Source: Enoplolaimus lenunculus (taxonomy: Eukaryota). Taken from it: DNA of 64,000 bases. Each line of letters starts with the position of its first letter. Position 1 is the stretch's first letter. Location: positions 248,001 to 312,000 of the forward strand of contig JASANG010003130.1 of NCBI GenBank assembly GCA_030248215.1, given 5' to 3'. Under the pieces are notes generated by a model that saw only the letters and a list, made by a program, of their open reading frames with translations, did not search any database and was not told where the DNA came from. The position numbers and the translations under genes are program-made. Positions 42,901 through 51,983 of this stretch are shown piece by piece.

Positions 42901-45900
42901 TCTTATACAGATTTAGATTGCGCTAAATCGCCCAGAACACATCAAATGGAATATTGCGAAAATATTTTCACTAGACTTTACTAACACAGGCCCATGAAAA
43001 GATCAGCGGCGGAACGTTTTTTAAGCTTAAGCTTTTGAACAATTTTTTGCTTGGCTTAGACTTAGGTTTAGGAATAAACTCATTCTTACGCTCAGGCTTA
43101 GACTATGCTGCAGGCTTAGGAATAAACTCATTTTTATGCTTAGGCTTAGGCTTAGGCTTAGGAAAATGCTTATTGCCCCAGTTATTTATATTGGCCCTAA
43201 CACGTAACACCTGTCACCGATAAACTGGGTCATTTTTATAAACTTAAACCCCGAGAAATTTATAAAACCTCTCCCATGACGCAGCATATTCTCAAATGTG
43301 TGTGGCACACCAATCGCCAGTTAGTAATAGGTTTTCAAACAAGCCAACTCCACAAAATAGTGATCTTAAATTTATCTGACTGCTCATCCCGATAAAATAT
43401 CAAAAATGTGACAAGTTTAAAACTTCTCCATTGGTTTGTTTAAAAAATTTAGAAAATTATCATCACCAGGTGATAGTTGCTATACACATTTGATGATGTG
43501 GGCATTGCATATACCTCAAGTAACCATGATAGACAACCCGCCAACGCCTGAACGGCTCAACCACTTCAATACGAAGTCCGCAACCAACCATTGGATTTTT
43601 TGTCGAACCTGGACACCCACGTTCAAATTTAAAGTTGGATCTGTGAGCAGAATACACCTAAAATGAGATACGTATTTAGATATTATGCTGTTAAATTCTT
43701 TTAGTGTTGCACTTGCAACTCAGTTTCAAATCTTAAGATTTATGTAAACGTGCCATTTTGGCAGCAAAAACTTGCACGTGTAGCTTGAATGTACAAGTTT
43801 GGTCAGAAAACATCAATTTTTAGCGAAAATTCGTTCGAAAAAATTGCACCTGCAATTATTCATGATGAACATACGCATAGAATTAATTCAAACGCATGAA
43901 TGTCGTTGTGAGTAGAATTAAATAATTAATTCATCAATGCGCGATCACGAATTGAAACTCAATATAATGGGGAGTTTATCTTGTGACAAATTTATCAAAA
44001 ATTTTGAAGTTCAGTTTGCAAACAAAAATAAAATGTTTTATAAATTTATTAATTTGTCGGAATCACTGGAAATTTTTCACCACTGTCTCACTCTTTATTG
44101 TAGAATATGCATAACATCATATCAGTTTATTGACCATTCAAAACCGATAACGACACAGCTGGTTGCCAAAGTTTTAGAAAATTTTTCAAATTCAAACTTA
44201 ACGTAATAATCACAGGCTCGTGCAAGCGATCCCAACAAACCTTAACCTGCGCCTAAGCCTATGCTCATGCCTAAACCTAAGCCTAATTCTAAGTCTAAAC
44301 CAGAGTTGTGTCAAAATCTGAAAATTTCAAAAATTGTGGGGGAAGTATAGCAATAGTCAATGCAAAAAGTTCTGGCTTCGGGCAGTTGTCCTGGAATAAA
44401 ATTGACAATTTTCTACTAGTCAACGTGGTTTACAAATTTGGAACCCAAAAACATTCCTTTTAGAACTTCTTATACTGAAAACTATGCAGTACATTTCGTT
44501 TACATTTCGGTTCACTTTTTAATTCTTTGCTATACCGTGTACATTGACTTTCAAAAGAGCATGCTCTAATTTGGATATATATGTTGTCTCATGCTTACAA
44601 ATAAAACATTCCTAACAACAGATGGAACGCTGTCCGAAATACGTATGTGGACCGTTTCAGTTTTAATAATATTGATTTGTTACTGATCAAACTAAAATTT
44701 ATTAAATTTACTTCATCTTTAAATTTCAATACTAAATCGAATTGGTCAGAAACTGTTGAATCTCGAGCAGTGAGCGCACGCACAATCAATTGGTTTCCGT
44801 TTGGAGCCGTTCCTGACACAATCGTCGAATCAAATTCCTGCAAAACACGACACATTGTGCTCAAAACAAATCACTAACTTTAAATTCAAATTCAACCCTC
44901 GTCGAATCAAATTCCTGTAAAACACGACACATTCTGCTCAAAACAAATTAACCTTAAATTCAAGTTCAACCTCGCCAGAGGGGTGTATACAATGGGAGGG
45001 GGGAGAGATGAAGCAGATATATCACCTCCCGAAATAAATTTTAGGAGAAACAAGAAAATTTTTTGGTACTGTACTAAAGGTAAAGCTTTTATACGAGTTA
45101 ATAAAATGGTGATCAATGATATGACTACAAATGTTGATGGTTTGGTTTAATTTGTCTTCTTGCCGCCGTATATTATAGGGCGAGAATGGATACGCTGACT
45201 ATTTTAAATTACTTTTTTAGAAATTTCATCCGTTTCAGCGCTCTGACCGTCCAGTTGCCATTCTTCATTACGAATTTTGAGGCATTGCCACATAGTTTGT
45301 CGAGTGAAATGCAAACACGCAAATCGTGAAGATTGACGCAGTTTGCACTGATACAAGCGTATAATGCTTGCAATTATACAGTGCGCAACACGAAGCCAGC
45401 TACACTCTGAAACAAACTTTGTATTAATACTAAATCTCAAAATAAATCTTAAATTTATTTGCTAATTTTCTATGCAAAATGACATTAGAAAATTTAAACA
45501 CAGTTTCCAAGCCGCTAAGCAATTGTTTCAAATTTCGCAACGTGTTAAGCTACTAATTACAGGCCAGTAGCTAGACGGAGGTTAGCTCCTAGAAAAATTT
45601 TGCTACTCGTCAATAAAAGTTTAAGTATCCCAACTTGTAAGTTATGCTATATTTTTAGCTACCGTCTTTCTTAGCCCTCCTTCGATTGCAACAGACCCTA
45701 AGCATAAACGGGACTAAACATCTGCAGAAAGAGTAAGATTAATATAGAGAGTTGACAGGAGAGGCAATAAAAATGCTGGCCCATGCATAGAACAGGGCCG
45801 GGTCGTTTTCCGGAGGGGCTATAATAGAATCAGTTTAAGCTTCAGACCAATTATTTTGCTTAGGCTTACGCTTACGCTTAGGCATAGGCTTAGAAATAGG

Positions 45901-46119
45901 CTCATCCATACGTTTAGGCTTAGGCTTAGGCTTAGAGATATGCTTATACTTCTGTTCCGGCCCTGTTCTATACATGGGCCATAATGCTATATAGTCCATT
46001 TTAGACTTTTATGCTTTGTTCAAAATATTACCTGCCACGTAACAGAGGACTGTGGTAAGCTGCAGACGGTATATAATCCATACACCAGCCAAAAAACAGA
46101 TACCCATCATTATATACAT
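4788..46119 (-). CDS. PEP synthase / pyruvate,water dikinase-like phosphotransferase with rifampin phosphotransferase (RPH)/PigC/YvkC-type domain order, 42 coding exons, about 1332 aa
   Basis: Manually spliced; all introns GT-AG with consistent phases; total 3999 nt with no internal stop. Exons (high-low): 46119-46032, 45406-45213, 44837-44712, 43657-43515, 42661-42602, 41558-41415, 40686-40577, 39761-39715, 38865-38813, 38236-38121, 37085-36858, 36110-35995, 35332-35282, 34708-34656, 34082-34047, 33050-32926, 32426-32359, 31237-31173, 30141-30071, 29101-29025, 26953-26741, 25329-25258, 25067-24961, 24722-24650, 24138-24076, 23439-23272, 23110-22973, 20837-20747, 17724-17636, 17236-17174, 16367-16269, 15845-15786, 14882-14782, 13524-13461, 12494-12423, 12151-12060, 11533-11455, 10646-10598, 9956-9880, 9537-9435, 8893-8819, 4867-4788. 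Motifs: GGKGANL, VPNGFVIT, AVRSSSAGED..AGQMETYL, MAVVVQLM, GDAVVSGTVTPD, DVEWA..ILQTRPIT, FITKHGHRSLREID, TDIGWSP..TEIGGLLSHGAVVAREYGVP. Start codon and a possible missed micro-exon near 24076-23439 are uncertain. Confidence 0.9.
4981..5178. mobile_element. Family B MITE
   Basis: GGCTCATGTATAGAACAGGGCCGGA...TCCGGCCCTGTTCTATACATGG, internal TTAGGC/TTAGGT. Confidence 0.8.
6829..6980. mobile_element. Family B MITE, reverse and diverged
   Basis: GGCCAATGTA...TACATAGGCC; TSD CCTGTTTT / CATGTTTT. Confidence 0.6.
10598..24722 (-). CDS. Exons 24-38 of the dikinase gene: central substrate-binding region
   Basis: EVMPKAQSPLS, DVESADVPTAIQKLAATI, EAVAWL..FRSFITKHGHRSLREIDLGVPAWEMDP, RARRAVALREYTKSLAIKVTHKVRKAYHRLG, GILPDPWLIFYLTAPEI; this matches the middle region expected in RPH/PigC-type enzymes. 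Confidence 0.85.
11143..11396. mobile_element. MITE with CACTG termini and 2-bp (TA) flanks, CMC/CACTA-like
   Basis: CACTGTAAATTTCA.TGAGTT...AACTCA.TGAAATTTACAGTG; many internal GAGTT/ACTCAG motifs. Confidence 0.75.
12910..13122. mobile_element. MITE with TATTCTCAAATGTG termini
   Basis: ATTCTCAAATGTG...CACATTTGAGAAT; relatives at about 13776-13992, 16425-16651, 43281-43512. Confidence 0.6.
20936..22070. mobile_element. MITE hosting the 49-bp satellite; array-free relative at about 62521-62810 (reverse), fragments near 32020-32085 and 40960-41010
   Basis: AAGAGCGTGCAACTG at the left end is inverted as CAGTCGCACGCTCTT near 22033-22047; 21776-22070 aligns by eye to the reverse complement of 62521-62810. 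Confidence 0.7.
20942..21798. repeat. 49-bp tandem satellite, about 17.5 near-identical copies
   Basis: Unit GCARCTGGGTACATTCTGTGTGAGGACAGTAGGACAAAAAACGCAATRT repeats head-to-tail with no spacers (e.g. gtgagg at 21061 and 21110). Confidence 0.97.
22576..22648 (-). pseudogene. tRNA-like sequence (GAC in the anticodon position, Val-like) embedded in a dispersed repeat
   Basis: GGTTACG/CGTAACC acceptor stem, A box TGGCTCAGTGG, B box GTTCGAAAC; single mismatches in the anticodon and T stems; a degenerate sister copy with the same flanks lies at about 29855-30005 (+). Confidence 0.6.
23648..24012. mobile_element. PIF/Harbinger-like MITE rich in ACTTAAGT
   Basis: GG(T/C)TGGGTTTCT...AGAAACTCAGCC termini; relatives at about 15306-15614 and 34224-34580. 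Confidence 0.65.
24310..24373. repeat. 20-bp tandem repeat x3
   Basis: AAAATCCTGAAACCAACCAA repeated. Confidence 0.8.
24961..36110 (-). CDS. Exons 12-23 of the dikinase gene: ATP-grasp (PPDK_N / PEP-pyruvate binding) domain
   Basis: Translated exons: CGGKGANLAKL, VPNGFVITTAA, FAVRSSSAG/EDSSDLSTAGQMETYLN, CWASQYS, MAVVVQLMIDPLCAGVLFSCDPVTG, NASAGVGDAVVSGTVTPDTY, IEQAFQHAVDVEWAYDSSKFWILQTRPITT. Confidence 0.92.
25566..26256. mobile_element. hAT-type MITE nested in a GTCTCG-repeat element
   Basis: TIR CAGAGTTGG...CCAACTCTG, exact 8-bp TSD GTCTCGGT; ACCCGC/GCGGGT subterminal motifs. Confidence 0.8.
26581..26719. mobile_element. Family B MITE, short
   Basis: GGCCCATGTATAGAACAG...CTGTTCTATGCATGGGCC with (TTAGGC)3; ends 21 nt from the exon 21 donor. 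Confidence 0.82.
26982..27922 (+). mobile_element. Helentron-associated / DINE-1-like non-autonomous element
   Basis: Short inverted repeats ATTGAGCGAAG / CTTCGCTCAAT at the ends; about 4 internal 154-174-bp tandem units; (GGAC/AGAC)n microsatellite at about 27807-27838; perfect hairpin GCGAAACTCCGAGC-TTC-GCTCGGAGTTTCGC at 27880-27910. Confidence 0.7.
28638..28904. mobile_element. piggyBac-like MITE
   Basis: TTAA|CCCCTTCTCACAT...ATGTGAGAAAGGG|TTAA. Confidence 0.75.
29329..29740. mobile_element. hAT-type MITE
   Basis: CAGGGTTCCA...TGGAACCCTG with exact 8-bp TSD CTAAAAAT; TTCCGA subterminal repeats. Confidence 0.88.
30841..31022. mobile_element. Second TTAGGC-containing MITE family (CGACAATTCGTCG motifs)
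   Basis: ACGGTATCACGACAATTCG...CGAATTGTCG; similar copies near 14470-14640, 18640-18843, 20338-20535, 40740-40848, 61404-61578, 62285-62465. Confidence 0.7.
33252..33324 (-). pseudogene. Degenerate tRNA-like sequence / SINE head
   Basis: GGCCGCGTGGTGTAATGGATAGCGCG...GGTTCGATTC; A and B boxes present, stems poorly paired. Confidence 0.55.
34739..34890. mobile_element. Small MITE with CCCTATTCACA termini
   Basis: CCCTATTCACATGTGCA...TGCAAGTGTGAATAGGG; the same terminus occurs at about 56692 and 63868. Confidence 0.65.
36858..46119 (-). CDS. Exons 1-11 of the dikinase gene: hydrophobic N-terminus plus ~430-aa N-terminal accessory module
   Basis: In-phase exons give MYIMMGICFLAGVWIIYRLQLTTVLCYVA..., GLRIEVVEPFRRWRVVYHGYLR, FVRFAFRW, HIEQWGQLIGQV..LHGLRQR and join in frame to the GGKGANL exon. 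Confidence 0.72.
41985..42357. mobile_element. Foldback element with imperfect long inverted arms
   Basis: GCGGAGGTACGAAATATGGA is inverted as TCCAGATTCCGTACTTCCGC; further inverted similarity inside. Confidence 0.55.
42989..43196. mobile_element. Family B MITE
   Basis: GGCCCATG...TTGGCC; TSD CTAACACA / CTAACACG; TTAGGC runs. Confidence 0.7.
45778..45980. mobile_element. Family B MITE
   Basis: Near-perfect TIRs; TSD AAAATGCT / ATAATGCT. Confidence 0.82.
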
Positions 46120-47397
46120 TATATAACCTATTACCCAATCACTGAATTAATTAAATTATACTTCAAACGAGCTCCTTTACACTTTTCCCAGCAGCGGTGC
46201 CGTAGCCAGAGGGGGGGCAGGGGGTTGAACTCCTGGAAAAATTTCAGCCCCCTAGAAAATTTTCATCATTGCTTGAAAGTCATTGAAAACCCTTGTACGC
46301 CCGTCCTGAATAAATTTTAGCCCCCCTGGCAAGGTGAGCTGGTTACGGGCCTGCCTGTTAGTTTTCTAAACTTTCACATTTTGGTTTAGTGCCTATACGT
46401 CAGATATAGTTCAGGGTTAGCCTTGACTTAGGCTTACGGTAAGCTAAGATTGGTGGTTTCAGATTAAATGCATAGCCTGCCGGACTAAAACAGAAAAGAA
46501 CTCGAATATTTGATGCATTCTACTTTTTTAACAGTTTTCCGTTTTCTTAAAACTGCTGTCGTAATTTGCACATTTTTGGCGATATAGTTGCAAATTACCC
46601 AGAACAAAAGATGACCCGGGGCCTGGCTCCGGCTACAGGCTTGGGGCCCAAAGCCTCAGGCATCAAGGCCAGCATATTAGTTGTCAAAGCCTAACTGCGG
46701 CCAGTTTTTTTACACCATTCTTAATTGACTCACATGAAAAACAATCCTATCACACTCGGTTGTCCTTACAAAAATATCAAAATCACAAGAAAGTACTGTA
46801 TACGGTATTGAATATTTTCCCACGGCTTACTGTACACACTACACAATATATTGATTGTTTATGTTCCCAGTGTTAGCCACCATATACGTATTATGGTAGC
46901 TCAACTTGATAGTTAACTTCACATGTTCTGACTTGGTCCCGGTTGGTACCGGCCCCGGCCACAGTAAAACTACTGGCCATGGTACAATCCTGGCCCCGGG
47001 CCAAATCTACTCAGAACGCAGAGGGTGCGTGATGTACTGATTAATAGTACGAACATGGTATCGTTGAAGCAAACACAAGTCACTGTTGTGCTATTCAGAC
47101 GTACAGAGACAGCAGCGAGCCTAACTGTCCTTCCTCTCCAAACAAAATCTTTCCAGTCATGAAGCTTTAGCGTTAATCAAAACAATTTTATACCAAATTT
47201 CGCCTAACTTTTAACCCAAGCTCAAAAGTTTGTTGACATCAGTTAAAATTGAGGGATCTTTTTGGTTATCTCCGCCAAGTCGGCATTTGCCCAAAAATGG
47301 TTGGATTTGGAACTTTTTGTGCTTATTTGCGCTTCTCACGCCATCCACTGAACATTCCACGACCAAATTTGAATTTTATAAAAAATTCGATTTTTAA

Positions 47398-47742
47398 GGT
47401 ACCAAAGTGAAGGGCCCGTTGGGACCCAATACACTTTTTGCCGAAAAGTTAGATAAATTATGCACCATTCGGCGTTGTTTGCGCTGCTGAGTTGAATGTG
47501 TTAAATTTTTCGCAATCAGATGTTTGGTCAACGAGTTATGGTCGGTGAGATAAATGATTTGGCGCGCTGCCAACGATTCCGGAAAGCGCCAAATTAGTTA
47601 TTTTGCCATAACTTCTTACCTAGATGCTCGATTGTACAAAGTTTAACACCATTCAACACTAGCGTCGCAAGCTGCGTCGAATGGTATATAATTTGTCTAA
47701 CTGACAAATTTTTTGGGTTCCGGGTGGGATTACGTTGAGACC
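47398..47742. mobile_element. Possible Kolobok-like non-autonomous element
   Basis: TTAA|GG...CC|TTAA with imperfect long internal inverted repeats (about 47451-47510 vs 47638-47698). Confidence 0.45.
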
Positions 47743-48336
47743 TTAAACAATCGAATTATTTAAAAACCAAAATTTGGGTATGGAACGATAAGAGGAGACC
47801 GTGAGAAGCCCAAATATGCAAAAATGTTCAAATTCCAACCATGTGGATAACAGTCAGCACTAATGTAGCTTCCCCCGCCACTACGCAAATGTGGGGGAAA
47901 CTTTTCCTGCGATTTGAAGAGATCAAGCAGAATGGGAGCTGCAGCACCCAAGATCCCGCACTAAGCATTTTATTACACTTCTGCTTAGTATCCCTTCAAA
48001 TGGCCGGGCGTTCAGGTGGCAGCAGCCCCCCTGAAAACGAAATTGTTGCGGCAAATTGAAACTTTGTCACTGTGGGGGGAGAATTACAAAAGTGCCGTGT
48101 CGTGTATCCACAAGGTAGCTAACGAGGATGTATGGGCACTTTTGAAGTTTCTTCCGCCACTAGGCAAATATGGGGAACTTTTTCACTTGTAACATAAAAA
48201 TGTTTTGTTTTCGTTTTAAACCAGTTTTCAGGGCGAAAATTTTTGTCAATTTTGTGTTATGTTTATCAGGGGGGGCTGTCACCAAATGCACCCCCATTTT
48301 TGATCGATGCAGGTTAGTATACAACTACCTGTAAAA

Positions 48337-48529
48337 GTGCCTTTTTTGAAACTTTCCAGAAATTTCGCGGGAGGGGCGTTTCGGCACAGACGCATAAAAA
48401 AGTGTCTTTTTTGAAACTTTCCAGAAATTTCGCGGGAGGGGCGTTTCGGCACAGACGCATAAAAAAGTGCCTTTTTTGAAACTTTCCAGAAATTTCGCGG
48501 GAGGGGCGTTTCGGCACAGACGCATAAAA
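48337..48529. repeat. 65-bp tandem repeat, 3 copies
   Basis: GTGYCTTTTTTGAAACTTTCCAGAAATTTCGCGGGAGGGGCGTTTCGGCACAGACGCATAAAAAA starting at 48337, 48402 and 48467. Confidence 0.95.
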
Positions 48530-49136
48530 TAACTTACCCTAGCGTAAAACGTTGCCTATGCCTTTTTCTAAGGGCCTTAACTTTAAATGTGGAGAAAAGT
48601 ACTAGAGCCGAAACGTTACTACTGTTAGTTCTTTTCTTCGAATCCACAGCACAGCACGAGCCCGTCGCCAGAGCACGGCCACGGGTGTCTCAAACCCCTC
48701 AATGCTTAAAAGTATTTTTAGCCACTTTTCAAAATTGCTTGCAAATCATCAAAAACCCTTGCATGCCCCTTCCGAAAATCTTTTTAACCTCTCTGAGCAA
48801 GTTACGGACCTTGTGCAGCATGAAATCCTGCTGCAATCTCTAACGCAAAAAATAAATTCACGAATTTTACACAGTGCAGACAACTGTTACACAGGAAATG
48901 ACAAAACAGAAATACACAGAAACCGCAGTATATATATGCTACAGTAAATGAAATCTAATCAAAAGTAAACAAGATTTTATACATTACAGTTGTTTCACCA
49001 CAAAGTGCAATATTTAACATAATTTTTAAGTCTTACACGTTGTTTTAAAACACTGGATTATAGCTGTGGCAACCGCTTTCCGCTAGCTTCTACCGCCTGT
49101 CAGTATCGGGCCTGCGGTTAAAGACGGGATAGGGGC

Positions 49137-49785
49137 AGGGATGGGCGGTCTCGGTATTTGGCTGGTCTCGGTCTCGCTTTTTTCAGTGTCGGTGGTTTTA
49201 CAAACCGAGGCCAAAGAGGTGAAAAGCGATAAGCAATGAAAAAAATTTTATTTGGGCAGTTTTGGTCATGAAGCACTTGCGCAGTTCGCCTACCAACACA
49301 GACAGCGAACGATTGTGGAGCACCGCTACCTGGTTATACAGCGTATTTTGAAACAGAATGACCCCTTCGGTTACCCAAAATTCTACTTATTGAAAGGAAA
49401 TACAAAACACTTTGATTTTATTGTAACAAAGCACAAATAGTTGCGTTTTTGCTTTTAAAACATTTAAGGCGTCGTGTAAAAAATTATGGGCCATCCGCAT
49501 TTATAACGTCTACGTTATGTTAAATATTTCTTCAGTCTATTCGGTTCGCTCGGGATCAAAAACAACGCTATAGCTTTTAAATTAGGGCTCACCGAGGGTA
49601 TTTTGAGACAGTGAGATTTGTCCCGAGCCTGTTCGAAGGGTATGGGGACAGTAGCCAAGTGAAAAATAAAGTAAAAAAAATAAAGTTTGGCGGTGATGTC
49701 TCGGCAGGTTGAGTTTCGGTCTCGGTCCCGGTAGGTTGGGTCTTGGTGTCGGTCTCGCTTTTTCGTCCGAAACCACTCATCCCTG
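49137..49785. mobile_element. hAT-like MITE with GTCTCG subterminal repeats
   Basis: CAGGGATG...CATCCCTG termini; TSD not well preserved. Confidence 0.6.
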
Positions 49786-51566
49786 GCAAGGGACCCTCCC
49801 CCCTAGAAAACTTTAAACCTTTTAATAACTCATCGAAAGCCCTACGTATGATTCGCGAAAACCTTTAGCCCCGCAGCAAAGGTGAGCTGGCTCCGGGCCT
49901 GGTCAGTATATGTACGTTGCCTGTGTATATGTGTCATATGTCCACACAGAAGGACGAGAATTCATTGCCAGAACCACGAAGTGTAGTAGTGGAATTTTGA
50001 TGTTTGGTGTGGGTCGGTGATATGAAGAACCTAAGGGGTGCGTATGCACAAGTTTTTTGGGTTTTGTTTGTGAAGCCATTTTAAGAATCACGAGAAGGTA
50101 GAATTGTCTCAAAATCTGGCTAGCGAAGCGAGCAAGAAACCAGATGCATTTCAAAATTTCGGCGGGTTTTTTTACAACGGGTTTGTCTAGTGTGTAGTTA
50201 GCATTGTGCTTCTCACATTTTGTCTGCATTCGTATCTGTTAACTTGATTCTCAAAATAAATTTCGTTGACATCCTGTTGGAGGGGGCACATTCTGGTCAT
50301 TCCATACCCAAACTGGAATATTTGTCTAACTTTCTAATAAAAGATTTTTGGGGCCCGAAGAGGATATCTTGGTCTTTTGGACCTTAAAAAAACAAATGTT
50401 TCAAAAATTCAGATTTAGTCGTAAACTGACCAGGGCATGTTGTGAGAAGCTCAGATATGTAACAATTTTCAAAATCCAACCGTTTTTGGGCAAACGCCGA
50501 CAGGGGGATAACCGAAAGGATCCAGGTAGTTACTTCTTTTACAGGGGTAAGTAAGTGTGAAAACCAATTGATTACACAAACTGAAAATGCAGCAGAAAGT
50601 GGTCTTAGTTAATATGCGCGAAGCGCAAATTTTTTTAAAGGCAAAGAAGTTTCCACGGCTCAAACAAATGGAGAACGGACGCACCCCATCGCCCCCCACC
50701 CTTATCACCGTCCTTGGTTTGGTATGGGCTCATGGCGTTGTCTTAATTTATGATGAAATTGCTAAATAAATTCATCTTGACCGTATAGCTTCAACACGGC
50801 CATAAAACAGCATCTCGCACATATTCATCCCAGGAAGTATAGCCCATGTTTCTTTTAGGGACGTCTCGGTTTCTGTTGGGTCTGTAAAAAGTACGCTAAA
50901 TTCTAGAATATGTTGTTTTTGCTTAGGCTTAGGCTTAGAAAGGCACTTTGTTCAACGGTTCGACTAATAGCCTAAGGAATACTCTTAATCTACTGTTATA
51001 GCCCTAAGAGTAACTGGCCGGAAGCATGGTGAGTGCAACAATACCGGGGCGCCTGAAGGTACTCAGGAACGCAGGTCCTCACAAAATATTTGTTACCTTG
51101 AACTCGAAGATTTATGTTGCCCAAGATCCGGACCAACTTAGCAGGGCCCCCCTTTTAATCCGGCGCTGCAGTATCAGAATCAGAATTTGAAGTTTGTAAT
51201 TAAATGATGTTTTCCAGGTGCTTTTTCAGCAGTTGCAATCTTAGCTATGACCACTTTTGCCTTTTAAATTTTGAACCAGCAAATTGAAAACTTCGAAATT
51301 TAGCAGATTTTGCATTTTATTTATCCTATTGTAAGAGGTGTTTTAGATAAACTTTGTTAATACAAAACGGGCGATAAGTTGTCAATTTTAGCGTTTAATA
51401 CAAAACAACCATCAAAATGAAAGCGAAACAATATTTCAATGGCTTATGCAATCAAAAATTATTTATTTATTACCATTTTTTGCACATTGTTATTCAAACT
51501 TTGTATAAATCACAGATCCAACTTATTCTGTTTCTCAGCCATGTACTACTGCAAGTTTCAGCTATA

Positions 51567-51827
51567 CTGTATTGCCCCGAATAAGAGGGGCGGTAATAAA
51601 AGGGGGTCCCCATTTTGAGTCCGAAAAAAAGGATCACTCAAGCTATTGACACAAGACAAATAAACATTTAATTCAACGAATAATTGCAGTACCGGATATA
51701 TCAGTAACGAAGGGCGGTGGAGCGTGGGTTAAAAATAAATAACAGTCCGTAACCGAATAACAGGGGGGTACCCTCTGGAGAGGCCAAATAAGTATCAGTC
51801 CCCCCCTCTTATTCGGGTTTACTACAG
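51567..51827. mobile_element. Family A MITE, internally deleted
   Basis: TA|CTGTATTGCCCCGAATAAG...CTTATTCGGGTTTACTACAG|TA. Confidence 0.8.
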
Positions 51828-51983
51828 TACTGCTTGCGATTTTAACATTTATACCATCAAAACGTCGCCAAACTTAAAAATACCTTAAAAATAACCTTAA
51901 GATACTATTTTAACGCTGTTGCGATCAAAAATTAATTTTAAGCCTTAATGTTTTCGTTCTAGTTTTCTTTTATTTACTACCGA

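Noticed and set aside
45314..45335. ACACGCAAATCGTGAAG resembling the U6 snRNA 3' region
   Set aside because: Short match only, no other U6 sequence, and it lies antisense within coding exon 2.
4788..46119. Bacterial contamination as the source of the dikinase
   Set aside because: 41 spliceosomal introns containing the same MITE families as the rest of the window.
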